A stretch of 33,572 nt of DNA from Deltaproteobacteria bacterium (GTDB lineage Bacteria > Desulfobacterota > Desulfobacteria > Desulfobacterales > UBA11574): assembly GCA_019313505.1 (NCBI GenBank), contig JAFDBA010000002.1, positions 1-33,572 on the forward strand, written 5' to 3'. The position numbers were made by a program, and so were the translations under genes. Of this stretch, positions 8,316 through 16,688 are shown one piece after another. Position 1 is the first letter of the stretch. Every line of letters begins with the position of its first letter. Under the pieces are notes generated by a model. That model was given only the letters and a program-made list of their open reading frames with translations, searched no databases and was not told the DNA's origin.

Positions 8316-10346
8316 TTAGCTATTCTCCCGTTCAATAATTCTAGCATCTGCCACCAATATGCCTTCAGCATAGGCGAAGACCGGGTTAAGATCGATTTCA
8401 ACAATCTCCGGATGGTTTTCGGCCATTTTGGCCACCGCAAGAATGCAGTCTGCAAGTGCCTGTTCATCCACTGCCGGTCCGCCGCGATAACCGGCAATAA
8501 GCCCATAGCCTTTTATTTCTCGTATCATAGTCAGAGCCTCATCTTTGGTCAAAGGAAAAAGCCTGAGGCTCACATCTTGAAAGATCTCTACCATAATGCC
8601 ACCAAGCCCAAAGAGGATAACCGGGCCGAACTGCGGGTCACGATTCATTCCCACGATAACCTCCAGGCCGGGAGGTGCCATCTTACTCACTAATACGCCA
8701 TCCATCCGGGCTTCGGGACTACTGAGCTTCACAGCTGACAGCAACTCGTTGTGAGCTTTTTTAACCGCTTCAGCAGAATCCAAGTTTAATTGTACCCCCC
8801 CCACATCACTTTTATGCAGGATATCAGGGGAGCTGATTTTAAGAGCCACCGGAAATCCTTGCTCCTGAGCAATCTGAGCAGCAGCAGTTGGGCTATCCGC
8901 CAGGGCAAAGTCTGTACAGGAAAGTCCTTGTTCAGCAACCCGTGCAAATGCTTGGTGAAGCGGCAATTGACGACCGATCACAGGAACAGTTAGCGTGGGT
9001 TTCTGTGGCACGGCCAGCGTTTTACGTTCAAGTACCTGGGCCAGGGCTTTTATCCCGCGTTCGGGGGTAGGGAAAACCGGAATTCCTTTAAGGTGCATGA
9101 GTTCACTTTCGTGACGTTCGATATCGGCCCCTCCATAAAAGATAATCAGCTCATTGGCATCAGGAGTTACTATGCTGGAGGCATCTTCCACCGGATCACC
9201 AAAAATAACGCCGAGAGTGTCGTAATATTTCCTGGTTGCCTTAATAACATCGTCAAACATCTGGGCAGTGCCATCACCGGTAAGATCAATAGGATTAGAC
9301 TTTATGGCATGGGCTGGAATAAGCGGCGTGATCGCCTCCACCGCCTCTTGCGGCAGGGTAGACACATCAAGGCCTTCCTGTTCAGCCTGATCCGTTGCAA
9401 GAATGGCGGCACCTCCGGATGTGGTTATAAAAAGAATGCGATTGCCTTTCGGTGGTTTCAGATAAGCCAGGGCCTTGGCGTAGTCATAAAATTCCTCTGC
9501 TGTGTAGGCCCTGCAAATGTTATATTTTGTAAAGAGGGCCTCATAGATGGCATCAGCACCGGCCAGAGCCTTGGTGTGAGACTCGGCCGCCACTTTTCCT
9601 TTGGGCGTACGGCCGGACTTGAGAACCACCAGCGGTTTTTTTAGCTGTTTCACCGATTTGATAAACTGCTCCGGGCGTTTTATCCCTTCAATGTAAGCAG
9701 CAATCACATCAGTGTTTTCATCCTGATTGAAATAGGCAATTAGATCCGCCTCATCCACGTCAGCCCTGTTGCCCATACTGACAAAACTGGAGGTTCCCAG
9801 CTTATCCTCGGATAACCAGTCCATCATTGCGGCGCCTACCGTACCGCTCTGGGAAATGAGCGCGATCTTGCCCTGGCAGGTAAGCAGCGGCCAGGATGCA
9901 CACAGAGGGTGATGGGGATTGTTTACACCCTGGCAGTTGGGCCCGATAATGCGAATGCCGAATTTTTGCGCCGCTTCAACCACCTGCTGCTGTAGCTTTT
10001 CGCCTTGGTCATCCGCCTCGGCAAAACCACCGGTAATAATAATTGCGCCTTTGACACCCTTTTCGCCGCACTCCTGCACGGCCTGGGGCACGAATCGAGC
10101 CGGTATGATAATAACAGCCAGGTCTACAGCTTCTGCAACCTCCTTTACGCTCTTGTGACAGGGAAGATCGAGAATAACGTCGGCCTTGGGATTGATGGGG
10201 TAAACAGCTCCCTTAAAGCCGCCGTCTATGACGTTTTTTAAAATTTCATGGCCCATTTTGTCAGGGCTGGCTGAAGCCCCGATAACTGCTACACTTTTAG
10301 GTCTTAAGATAGCATCTAACCGGCTTACGAAGTCTTTTTCCGCCAT
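8316..10346 (-). CDS. ADP-forming acyl-CoA ligase (acetate-CoA ligase family, fused alpha-beta, 676 aa)
   Basis: AGGAGG RBS before ATG 10346. CoA-binding PKSVAVIGAS, IIGPNC, SQSG, phospho-His motif ESHT, NPIDLTG and ATP-grasp HKSDVGGV...DLNP. No GNAT domain. Confidence 0.9.
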   Translation of the reverse strand: MAEKDFVSRLDAILRPKSVAVIGASASPDKMGHEILKNVIDGGFKGAVYPINPKADVILDLPCHKSVKEVAEAVDLAVIIIPARFVPQAVQECGEKGVKGAIIITGGFAEADDQGEKLQQQVVEAAQKFGIRIIGPNCQGVNNPHHPLCASWPLLTCQGKIALISQSGTVGAAMMDWLSEDKLGTSSFVSMGNRADVDEADLIAYFNQDENTDVIAAYIEGIKRPEQFIKSVKQLKKPLVVLKSGRTPKGKVAAESHTKALAGADAIYEALFTKYNICRAYTAEEFYDYAKALAYLKPPKGNRILFITTSGGAAILATDQAEQEGLDVSTLPQEAVEAITPLIPAHAIKSNPIDLTGDGTAQMFDDVIKATRKYYDTLGVIFGDPVEDASSIVTPDANELIIFYGGADIERHESELMHLKGIPVFPTPERGIKALAQVLERKTLAVPQKPTLTVPVIGRQLPLHQAFARVAEQGLSCTDFALADSPTAAAQIAQEQGFPVALKISSPDILHKSDVGGVQLNLDSAEAVKKAHNELLSAVKLSSPEARMDGVLVSKMAPPGLEVIVGMNRDPQFGPVILFGLGGIMVEIFQDVSLRLFPLTKDEALTMIREIKGYGLIAGYRGGPAVDEQALADCILAVAKMAENHPEIVEIDLNPVFAYAEGILVADARIIERENS

Positions 10347-10356
10347 GGCCCGCCTC

Positions 10357-10755
10357 CTAATTCCCTGCCTTTTTTGCCATGTTGCTGTTGAATTTTTCAG
10401 CGTTGATAATAAATCGATAGTGGGTGGCTTCACCGATTTTGTCAACTTCATCGAACCCTTCGACTTCAAAAGCCAGTTTGGGACCGTCCGCCTTAGTCAA
10501 TTTAGCGGTGAAACGCACCTTCATTCCCAAGGGGGTGGCAGCCATGTGTTTGAATGTCATTCCGGTTCCAACGGTTTGCTCTCCTTCGCCAAGGTGAGAA
10601 AGGACCAAGTCTGCACAAACCTCTTCAATATGCCCCACCATGGCTCGTGTTGCATATACATTGGGCACATGGGGATAGACTTTTTGTGCCGACATTTCCT
10701 CCGTTGTTTCCCGTTCCATTTGATGAGTCATGCCAACCTTTAGTGCTTCAGTCAT
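10357..10755 (-). CDS. Fluoroacetyl-CoA thioesterase (FlK)-like hot-dog thioesterase (132 aa)
   Basis: GGAGGA RBS before ATG 10755. VYAT..M...IE and KHMAATPLG carry the FlK Thr/Glu/His triad. Confidence 0.85.
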   Translation of the reverse strand: MTEALKVGMTHQMERETTEEMSAQKVYPHVPNVYATRAMVGHIEEVCADLVLSHLGEGEQTVGTGMTFKHMAATPLGMKVRFTAKLTKADGPKLAFEVEGFDEVDKIGEATHYRFIINAEKFNSNMAKKAGN

Positions 10756-10820
10756 TATTTTCCTCCAAAAATAATTATACGTTAACGAAATAATTGCTAA
10801 ACGATATTCATAAAACAAAT

Positions 10821-10849
10821 ATTATTTCAATTTTATCACATTAAGTCAA
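10821..10849 (-). promoter_or_regulatory. Candidate sigma70 promoter of the thioesterase-ligase-amidoligase operon
   Basis: Minus strand TTGACT-17 bp-AATAAT, with an extended -10 TGn. Confidence 0.5.
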
Positions 10850-10890
10850 TAAGCATTTTACTGGGTTCCAGTGGGTATCGATCATACGAT

Positions 10891-11625
10891 TTAAACTTCT
10901 GACTCAGCTGTAATCCCAAGAAGGATTTCCCGGAAATGGGGGTGACCCAAGAGCTGCTCGCCGGTTCCAACAAGGGTGATTTTTCCTTCTTCTATAAGAA
11001 ACGCTTTGGTAGCCACCCTTAATATTCGATGTACATGCTGGCCGGCTAAAAAAAGAGTAACTCCGTTGCGGTGAATCAACTTTAGAGTGTCACAAAGCCG
11101 GTTCACATCTTTTGGGGCCAGACCCAGGAAAGGATCGTCCAGCAGGAGAAGATGGGGATCACTCATCAGCCCGCGGGCAATCGTCAACATCCTTTTTTGC
11201 CCCCCGCTCAAGGTTCCTGCCATATTCCGGCGTTTATCCGCAAGAACAGGGAAGATTTCGAATATAAAAGATAGCCGGTTCTTCTTTTTTTTTCTGGCGA
11301 TATAGGCTCCCACTTCCAGATTTTCCAGCACACTCATAAGAGGAAAGACATTCATGCCTTCCGGCACATAAACCAGGCCCCGGCGAACCACTTCATGTAC
11401 AGGGAGTGTCTGAATAGGCTCATCTTGATAGCTGATAACTCCCTGAATCGGCCGCATGATGCCGGCAATTGCTTTCATGAGCGTGGTCTTGCCGGAACCG
11501 TTGGGACCCACAACGGAAACGATCTGGCCGGCACACACCGTCAGGCTAACACGCTTTAACACCTGGATATCACCATGGTAAGCAATCAAATTGCAGACTT
11601 TCATGAGCGGTTTAAAATTATCCAT
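10891..11625 (-). CDS. ABC ATP-binding protein, LivF-like
   Basis: GPNGSGKT, YVPEG, LSGGQ and Walker B LLLLDDP. Start uncertain (TTG 11631 or ATG 11625). Confidence 0.85.
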   Translation of the reverse strand: MDNFKPLMKVCNLIAYHGDIQVLKRVSLTVCAGQIVSVVGPNGSGKTTLMKAIAGIMRPIQGVISYQDEPIQTLPVHEVVRRGLVYVPEGMNVFPLMSVLENLEVGAYIARKKKKNRLSFIFEIFPVLADKRRNMAGTLSGGQKRMLTIARGLMSDPHLLLLDDPFLGLAPKDVNRLCDTLKLIHRNGVTLFLAGQHVHRILRVATKAFLIEEGKITLVGTGEQLLGHPHFREILLGITAESEV

Positions 11626-11627
11626 AT

Positions 11628-12365
11628 TCAATCTTTCTGGTGTTGCAGGCCCAGGTAAGCACGGCCCACCTCCCGGTTTTTCATGACCTTGTTGGGCGGA
11701 CCCTCTGCAATCTTTTCTCCATGATCAAGAACAAGAAGACGGTCTGAAACTTTTAAACTCAAGGTTAAAAAGTGATCGATAATTAAAATCGTTACTCCTC
11801 GCTCCCTTACCCTATTAATCAATTGGACCGCCTGTTTTACCAAAACAGGACTGAATCCCGCAGCCACTTCGTCCAAAAGCAGCAGCTTCGGACGGGTAGC
11901 AAGGGCACGGGCCAGATCGAGCCGGCGTTTCTCGCTGAGGGTAAGATCCTCGGCAAGAGTTTCGGCTTTATGAGGGATCCCAACTACTTCAAGGAGTTCC
12001 AGCGCCATTTGCACATCTTCAGACCGGGTGTGAAGACGAAAGCCTTTGCCAAAGAGGTGCCCGGTCAGTATATTGTTCAAGGCAGTCATTTTAATAAACG
12101 GCCTTGACGACTGAAATGTCCTGCTGATTCCCAGGCGGCAAATACGGTGAGGTTTGAGACCATTAATTTTCTTACCCTCAAACAGGATGTTGCCGCTGCT
12201 GGGTTTTAAACGGCCGCTGATAATATTGAACAAAGTTGTTTTCCCGGCACCGTTGGGTCCCACCAGTCCGACGATCTCCCCCTGGTTGATAGAAAAGTCA
12301 ATCCCATTCAGAGCATTAAAATCGTTGAATTTCTTACTTATTCCCCGTAGTTGTAATAGTATCAC
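11628..12365 (-). CDS. ABC ATP-binding protein, LivG-like
   Basis: GPNGAGKT, GISRTFQ, LLLLDEVAAG and C-terminal AYLG. Start uncertain; GTG 12365 fits the family length. Confidence 0.85.
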   Translation of the reverse strand: MILLQLRGISKKFNDFNALNGIDFSINQGEIVGLVGPNGAGKTTLFNIISGRLKPSSGNILFEGKKINGLKPHRICRLGISRTFQSSRPFIKMTALNNILTGHLFGKGFRLHTRSEDVQMALELLEVVGIPHKAETLAEDLTLSEKRRLDLARALATRPKLLLLDEVAAGFSPVLVKQAVQLINRVRERGVTILIIDHFLTLSLKVSDRLLVLDHGEKIAEGPPNKVMKNREVGRAYLGLQHQKD

Positions 12366-12626
12366 GATATGTTCCGCAATATTTTTGACAGCATTAATTG
12401 AATAAAAATCCGAGATCCGGTAACCGTATCGTTCTTTAAGACCAATTAATTGTATCAGAAAAATTATTATCAATGAAACAATATTTTAACTATCTCGAGC
12501 ATTTTGTTATGAAAGGATAACCCTTGACAATGCTGCAACGTTTATATAGTAAAACCAAAAATAATGATATGTTAAAAAGTTTGCAGATTATAGATCATAA
12601 AACCAATGATGAAAGGAGATTCGAAC

Positions 12627-13301
12627 ATGAACATTTTGTTTTTTGGGCCAAACGGCAGCGGCAAAGGAACCCAAGGATCTATTTTAAAGGATAAATATAA
12701 TACCCCTCACGTTGAGTCCGGAGCTATTTTCCGTGATAACATCGGGAAAGGGACCGAACTCGGCACAAAAGCCAAGGAATATATAGACAAGGGTGATCTG
12801 GTGCCGGACGAGATTACAATCCCGATGATACTCGACCGCCTCAAACAAGATGATTGTAAAAACGGCTGGCTTCTGGACGGGTTTCCGAGAAACAAGAACC
12901 AGGCGATCAAACTTGATGAATCACTCAAAGAGGCCGGCATTGACCTCGATATCGTCGTGGAAATAATTCTGGACCGGGAAATTGCAAAAAACAGGATCAT
13001 GGGGCGCAGACTATGTGTCAATGACAACAACCATCCCAATAACATCTATATTGATGCCATCAAACCTGACGGGGACAAATGCCGTGTTTGCGGTGGTGAT
13101 TTAAAGACCAGAGACGATGACCAGGATGAGGGTGCAATCAACAAACGCCACGGTATATACTACGACGCCGATACCGGAACCCTTGCATCAGCCTACTATT
13201 TCAAAGACCTTGCCGCCAAAGAAGGATCTATGAAATACATTATCCTGGACGGCGCACCGAGCGTAAAAGAGGTTACGACAGAACTTGTTTCAAAACTGTA
13301 A
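12627..13301 (+). CDS. adk: Adenylate kinase with metal-binding LID
   Basis: AAAGGAG RBS; GPNGSGKGTQ, GDLVPD and LDGFPR motifs; LID C-X5-H-X15-C-X2-C. Confidence 0.96.
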   Translation: MNILFFGPNGSGKGTQGSILKDKYNTPHVESGAIFRDNIGKGTELGTKAKEYIDKGDLVPDEITIPMILDRLKQDDCKNGWLLDGFPRNKNQAIKLDESLKEAGIDLDIVVEIILDREIAKNRIMGRRLCVNDNNHPNNIYIDAIKPDGDKCRVCGGDLKTRDDDQDEGAINKRHGIYYDADTGTLASAYYFKDLAAKEGSMKYIILDGAPSVKEVTTELVSKL

Positions 13302-13326
13302 AATTTAATAACCACTTGTAATTATT

Positions 13327-13371
13327 AAATGTGTCCGCGAGCTGATTTTTCAGTCCGGGCACATTTTTTTT
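13327..13371 (+). terminator. Intrinsic terminator after adk
   Basis: aaatgtgtccg...cgggcacattt stem followed by a T-run. Confidence 0.7.
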
Positions 13372-13420
13372 GCAAAATTTCTGACCGATTATTTTTTTAC
13401 AATATAATGAATATTTTCCC

Positions 13421-13449
13421 TTGCCAATTAATAGTTATATGTATATAAA
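13421..13449 (+). promoter_or_regulatory. Candidate sigma70 promoter of rpsU
   Basis: TTGCCA-17 bp-TATAAA. Confidence 0.45.
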
Positions 13450-13571
13450 GCTGGGTTTAAGATTCAAAAAAATAACCATCGGAAATGATTTTTAATTTGA
13501 GATCAATGTAAGATAGAGTGTTTTTTAAAGATCTCAATTTGTCGCTGATGGAAAAGGGGGGGGGAAATAAT

Positions 13572-13781
13572 TTGAAGGATATTCAGGTCAAGGTTTTTGA
13601 CAATGACCTTGAAAAAGCAATGCGCATTTTGAAAAAAAAGGTTCAAAATGACGGGCTTTTTAAACGATTAAAAATGAAGAAGGCTTATGAAAAGCCGAGT
13701 GAGCACCGGCGGCGCAAACAGCGCGAAGCTTTGAGAAGACAGAGAATTGCGGCTTCCAGAAACAGATACCGCAGAAGGTAA
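13572..13781 (+). CDS. rpsU: 30S ribosomal protein S21
   Basis: TTG start after a G-rich SD; V..NDLEKAMRILKKK and YEKPSE.RRRK motifs. Confidence 0.92.
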   Translation: MKDIQVKVFDNDLEKAMRILKKKVQNDGLFKRLKMKKAYEKPSEHRRRKQREALRRQRIAASRNRYRRR

Positions 13782-13804
13782 GATCAATCCCTAAATTTGT
13801 TTTT

Positions 13805-13841
13805 AAAACCCGGTAAATATATTATTTTTACCGGGTTTTTT
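13805..13841 (+). terminator. Intrinsic terminator after rpsU
   Basis: aaaacccggtaaa / tttaccgggtttt perfect 13 bp stem with a T-tail. Confidence 0.75.
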
Positions 13842-13849
13842 CTGTGAAA

Positions 13850-15148
13850 ATGACAACAAAAGATTCCTACAGCAATTGTCTGAATACTATATATAATCTT
13901 AGAAGATACGGCATTATACTTGGCCTATCTACGATCAGAAAGATTCTTCAAGGTCTGGGAAATCCACAGGATACATTTAATTCCATTCATGTGGCCGGGA
14001 CCAACGGAAAAGGATCAATCGCTTCCGCTCTGGCTACAATTCTCCATATCTCCGGATACAAAGTCGGGCTTTATACATCCCCGCATCTCGTCAGGTTCAA
14101 TGAGAGGATATCTATAAATAACCGGCATGTTTCTGATGAGGATATCGTTGCATCTTATGAGGCCGTGAAAAGCGTACATCACGGCTCTCGCGAGCCGACC
14201 TTTTTTGAGTTTGCAACTGCAATGGCCCTTTATGAATTTGGCAGACAGAAAGTCGATTGGGCCGTCATCGAAACAGGTATGGGGGGGCGGCTTGATGCAA
14301 CCAATATCATAAAACCTGCCCTTTCTATAATAACCAATATTTCCCTTGAACATAAAATCTATCTGGGGAATACCATCGCCGAAATAACCCGGGAAAAAGG
14401 GGGTATTATAAAAAATAACGTTCCTGTTGTAACCGGCGTAAAACAAAAAAATGCGATTTCAGTGTTAAAAACCATAGCCGATTCTAAATCTGCACAGCTT
14501 TACCGTTTTGGAGACGCATTCCGTGTTCGAAGAAACAATGGAGCATTCAATTATTTTGGATTAGAGAATGTGTGGCGAAATATACATACGGGATTGCTTG
14601 GCAACCACCAGATCAATAACGCAGCTCTGGTTCTCGCTTCATGTGAGATACTGAACAAAAATAACCTCGGTCTCACCCCACAAAACATCAAGGACGGCCT
14701 GGCACAAAACAAATGGCCGGGAAGACTGGAGATAGTCTCCTGGTCTCCGCTTATACTTCTTGACGGTGCCCATAATTTCATCGCCGCCCGCAATCTTGCA
14801 GGATATCTGTCTGAGAATCTTTCTGATCGTAACATAACACTGGTCGTTGGCATACTGGATGACAAGCCATGTGCTCCCATGCTTAAAAGCCTTATTCCTT
14901 TCTGTAGCAGGGTCATATTAACAAGCCCGAAAATCGATCGGGCTTTGCCTCCGGAAAAGCTTTACCCCATGGCAAAGGAAATGATTTCTGACATACATAT
15001 CATCCCTGATGTCGATAAAGCCGTGATACATGCAATTGAAACCGCATCACCTAACGATGCGATCTGTATCGCTGGTTCTCTTTACGTGGTTGGTGAAGCA
15101 AAAGAATTGTTTGAGAAAAACGCCGCTCTTTTAAGCAAATATCAGTAG
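13850..15148 (+). CDS. folC: Bifunctional folylpolyglutamate synthase/dihydrofolate synthase
   Basis: HVAGTNGKGS, YTSPHL, ETGMGGRLDATN, WPGRLE, LDGAHN and GSLYVVG motifs. Start GTG 13844 or ATG 13850. Confidence 0.95.
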   Translation: MTTKDSYSNCLNTIYNLRRYGIILGLSTIRKILQGLGNPQDTFNSIHVAGTNGKGSIASALATILHISGYKVGLYTSPHLVRFNERISINNRHVSDEDIVASYEAVKSVHHGSREPTFFEFATAMALYEFGRQKVDWAVIETGMGGRLDATNIIKPALSIITNISLEHKIYLGNTIAEITREKGGIIKNNVPVVTGVKQKNAISVLKTIADSKSAQLYRFGDAFRVRRNNGAFNYFGLENVWRNIHTGLLGNHQINNAALVLASCEILNKNNLGLTPQNIKDGLAQNKWPGRLEIVSWSPLILLDGAHNFIAARNLAGYLSENLSDRNITLVVGILDDKPCAPMLKSLIPFCSRVILTSPKIDRALPPEKLYPMAKEMISDIHIIPDVDKAVIHAIETASPNDAICIAGSLYVVGEAKELFEKNAALLSKYQ

Positions 15149-15183
15149 CCCGGTTATCATAAAACCTACATTCTGCGGCAGGC

Positions 15184-15325
15184 GAGACCTTTGAAAAATG
15201 CTCATTTTTGTTCAAGGCCAAGGAAGGCGAAAATTTTAACCACAGGAATACATTGAGTATTTTGAGGATTAAAATTTGAGTCTGACGCCGGGATTGGGCA
15301 AAAAGGGGCGTTTTGCAAAGGTCTC
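15184..15325. mobile_element. MITE (family B), 142 bp, with IS5/IS1106-like TIRs
   Basis: gagacctttgaaaaa ... ttttgcaaaggtctc. Internal inverted arms aaattttaaccaca / tgaggattaaaattt and aatac / gtatt. No ORF. Confidence 0.8.
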
Positions 15326-15378
15326 CAGACTTGACATATCATCACTGATGAACTATTTATCCGAGCTATACCGATAGT

Positions 15379-15454
15379 GCGCCCGTAGCTCAGTGGATAG
15401 AGCGTCAGCCTCCGGAGCTGAAAGCCGCTGGTTCGAACCCAGCCGGGCGTACCA
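15379..15454 (+). tRNA. tRNA-Arg(CCG)
   Basis: Acceptor stem GCGCCCG/CGGGCGT, D-arm, anticodon arm TCAGC-CTCCGGA-GCTGA, T-arm GCTGG-TTCGAAC-CCAGC and encoded CCA; 76 nt. TTGACA at 15331 upstream. Confidence 0.96.
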
Positions 15455-15474
15455 TAATTTATATAATATCCCTA

Positions 15475-16458
15475 ATGCACCTCCTGAAACCAATACAACT
15501 CGTTGGAATTACAGCCCTATTAATTTTAGGCATCATTGTGACCGACACCTCTTCATCCCAAAACACCATAGATGTGAGCCGCTATTTTTACAAAGGCGAT
15601 GGCAAGCTGAACCTTGTCAACGGAAAAAACAAGATCTCATTCAACGGCAGGTACCGGGGCGGCAAGGGCATGTATGATGAAAAAGCCCTCGAAGCAATTC
15701 ATCGTGTGTTTGGTGCGGAAAATGACAAACCGCTTTCCACCATATCCCTGCGGCTTATCGAATTCCTGGACTTTATAGAAGACCGTCTTCATCCGGGTGC
15801 ACAGATAAATATTGCCTCGGGATGGAGGAGCCCGAAATACAATGCCAATCTTCGTAAGAAGGGAAAACTCGCTGCAACGGCAAGTCTTCATCAGTATGGC
15901 ATGGCGGCAGACATAAAAATGAATGGAACGTCATCCAGGCACATCTGGAATTATGTTAAAAAACTCGGGTTCGGCGGAACAGGCTACTATCACGGAGAAC
16001 TCGTACATATTGATGTAGGGCCTGCACGCTCATGGAATGAGAAAACATCCGGCGTGGGTACGGATATTTCAATACACAACAAACTCATTGGGCTGGTGAC
16101 AGACTATGACATTTATCTGCCTGGAGAAATGATAGAACTAAGATTCATCCGCATGACGTCATTTCCCATCGGCGTCATACCTGAATTTGTTCTGGAGGGT
16201 GTAGAAAAGGACGATCGGTTAAAGGAGATTGCCCGTTTTAAACCGTCATTTGCATTTGCTTCCGGCAGCGAATGTCCACAGTTTTCTGATATTGGCCAGA
16301 TGATGGAAATCCGTTGGAAATTGCCGAGCGATATCTTACCCGGTCGATATAAGATCCGCGCCTCATTCTGTCAAAGGGTATGGAAAAATATGCCGCCTGA
16401 AATTTCAACCCCTGAATTCACTGTTATTCTGAATGAACGTAAACAAAATGAAAATTAA
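15475..16458 (+). CDS. YcbK/DUF882 (peptidase M15A, MepK-like) peptidoglycan endopeptidase with C-terminal extension
   Basis: N-terminal hydrophobic segment; SGWRSPKYN, SLHQYGMAADI and GYY...VHIDVGPARSW zinc motifs. Confidence 0.85.
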   Translation: MHLLKPIQLVGITALLILGIIVTDTSSSQNTIDVSRYFYKGDGKLNLVNGKNKISFNGRYRGGKGMYDEKALEAIHRVFGAENDKPLSTISLRLIEFLDFIEDRLHPGAQINIASGWRSPKYNANLRKKGKLAATASLHQYGMAADIKMNGTSSRHIWNYVKKLGFGGTGYYHGELVHIDVGPARSWNEKTSGVGTDISIHNKLIGLVTDYDIYLPGEMIELRFIRMTSFPIGVIPEFVLEGVEKDDRLKEIARFKPSFAFASGSECPQFSDIGQMMEIRWKLPSDILPGRYKIRASFCQRVWKNMPPEISTPEFTVILNERKQNEN

Positions 16459-16688
16459 TTGATTTAATTAAATCATCAGGCTGTGCTCTTCTTTTTTCAG
16501 CCTTATGCTATCAGGAGGTCGTTTTATTACAAGGCGGTAATAAATTTATTCTATGCCATGCTGGAAAGCATAACATTCTAATATCTTAATATATAACGTC
16601 CCTGAAATCTCCTCAACTATAGGCTTAAATCGAAATTGACCTGTCAAAGATCAATTAATCGGTATCTCCTTTGCAGTACTTTTATAAC

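Noticed and set aside
8316-10346. Protein lysine acetyltransferase (Pat/YfiQ) assignment
   Set aside because: There is no GNAT domain and the catalytic His (SHT) is present, which fits an ADP-forming ligase.
15393-15677. 94 aa ORF overlapping the tRNA
   Set aside because: It overlaps a well-formed tRNA and the YcbK gene in another frame, so it is spurious.
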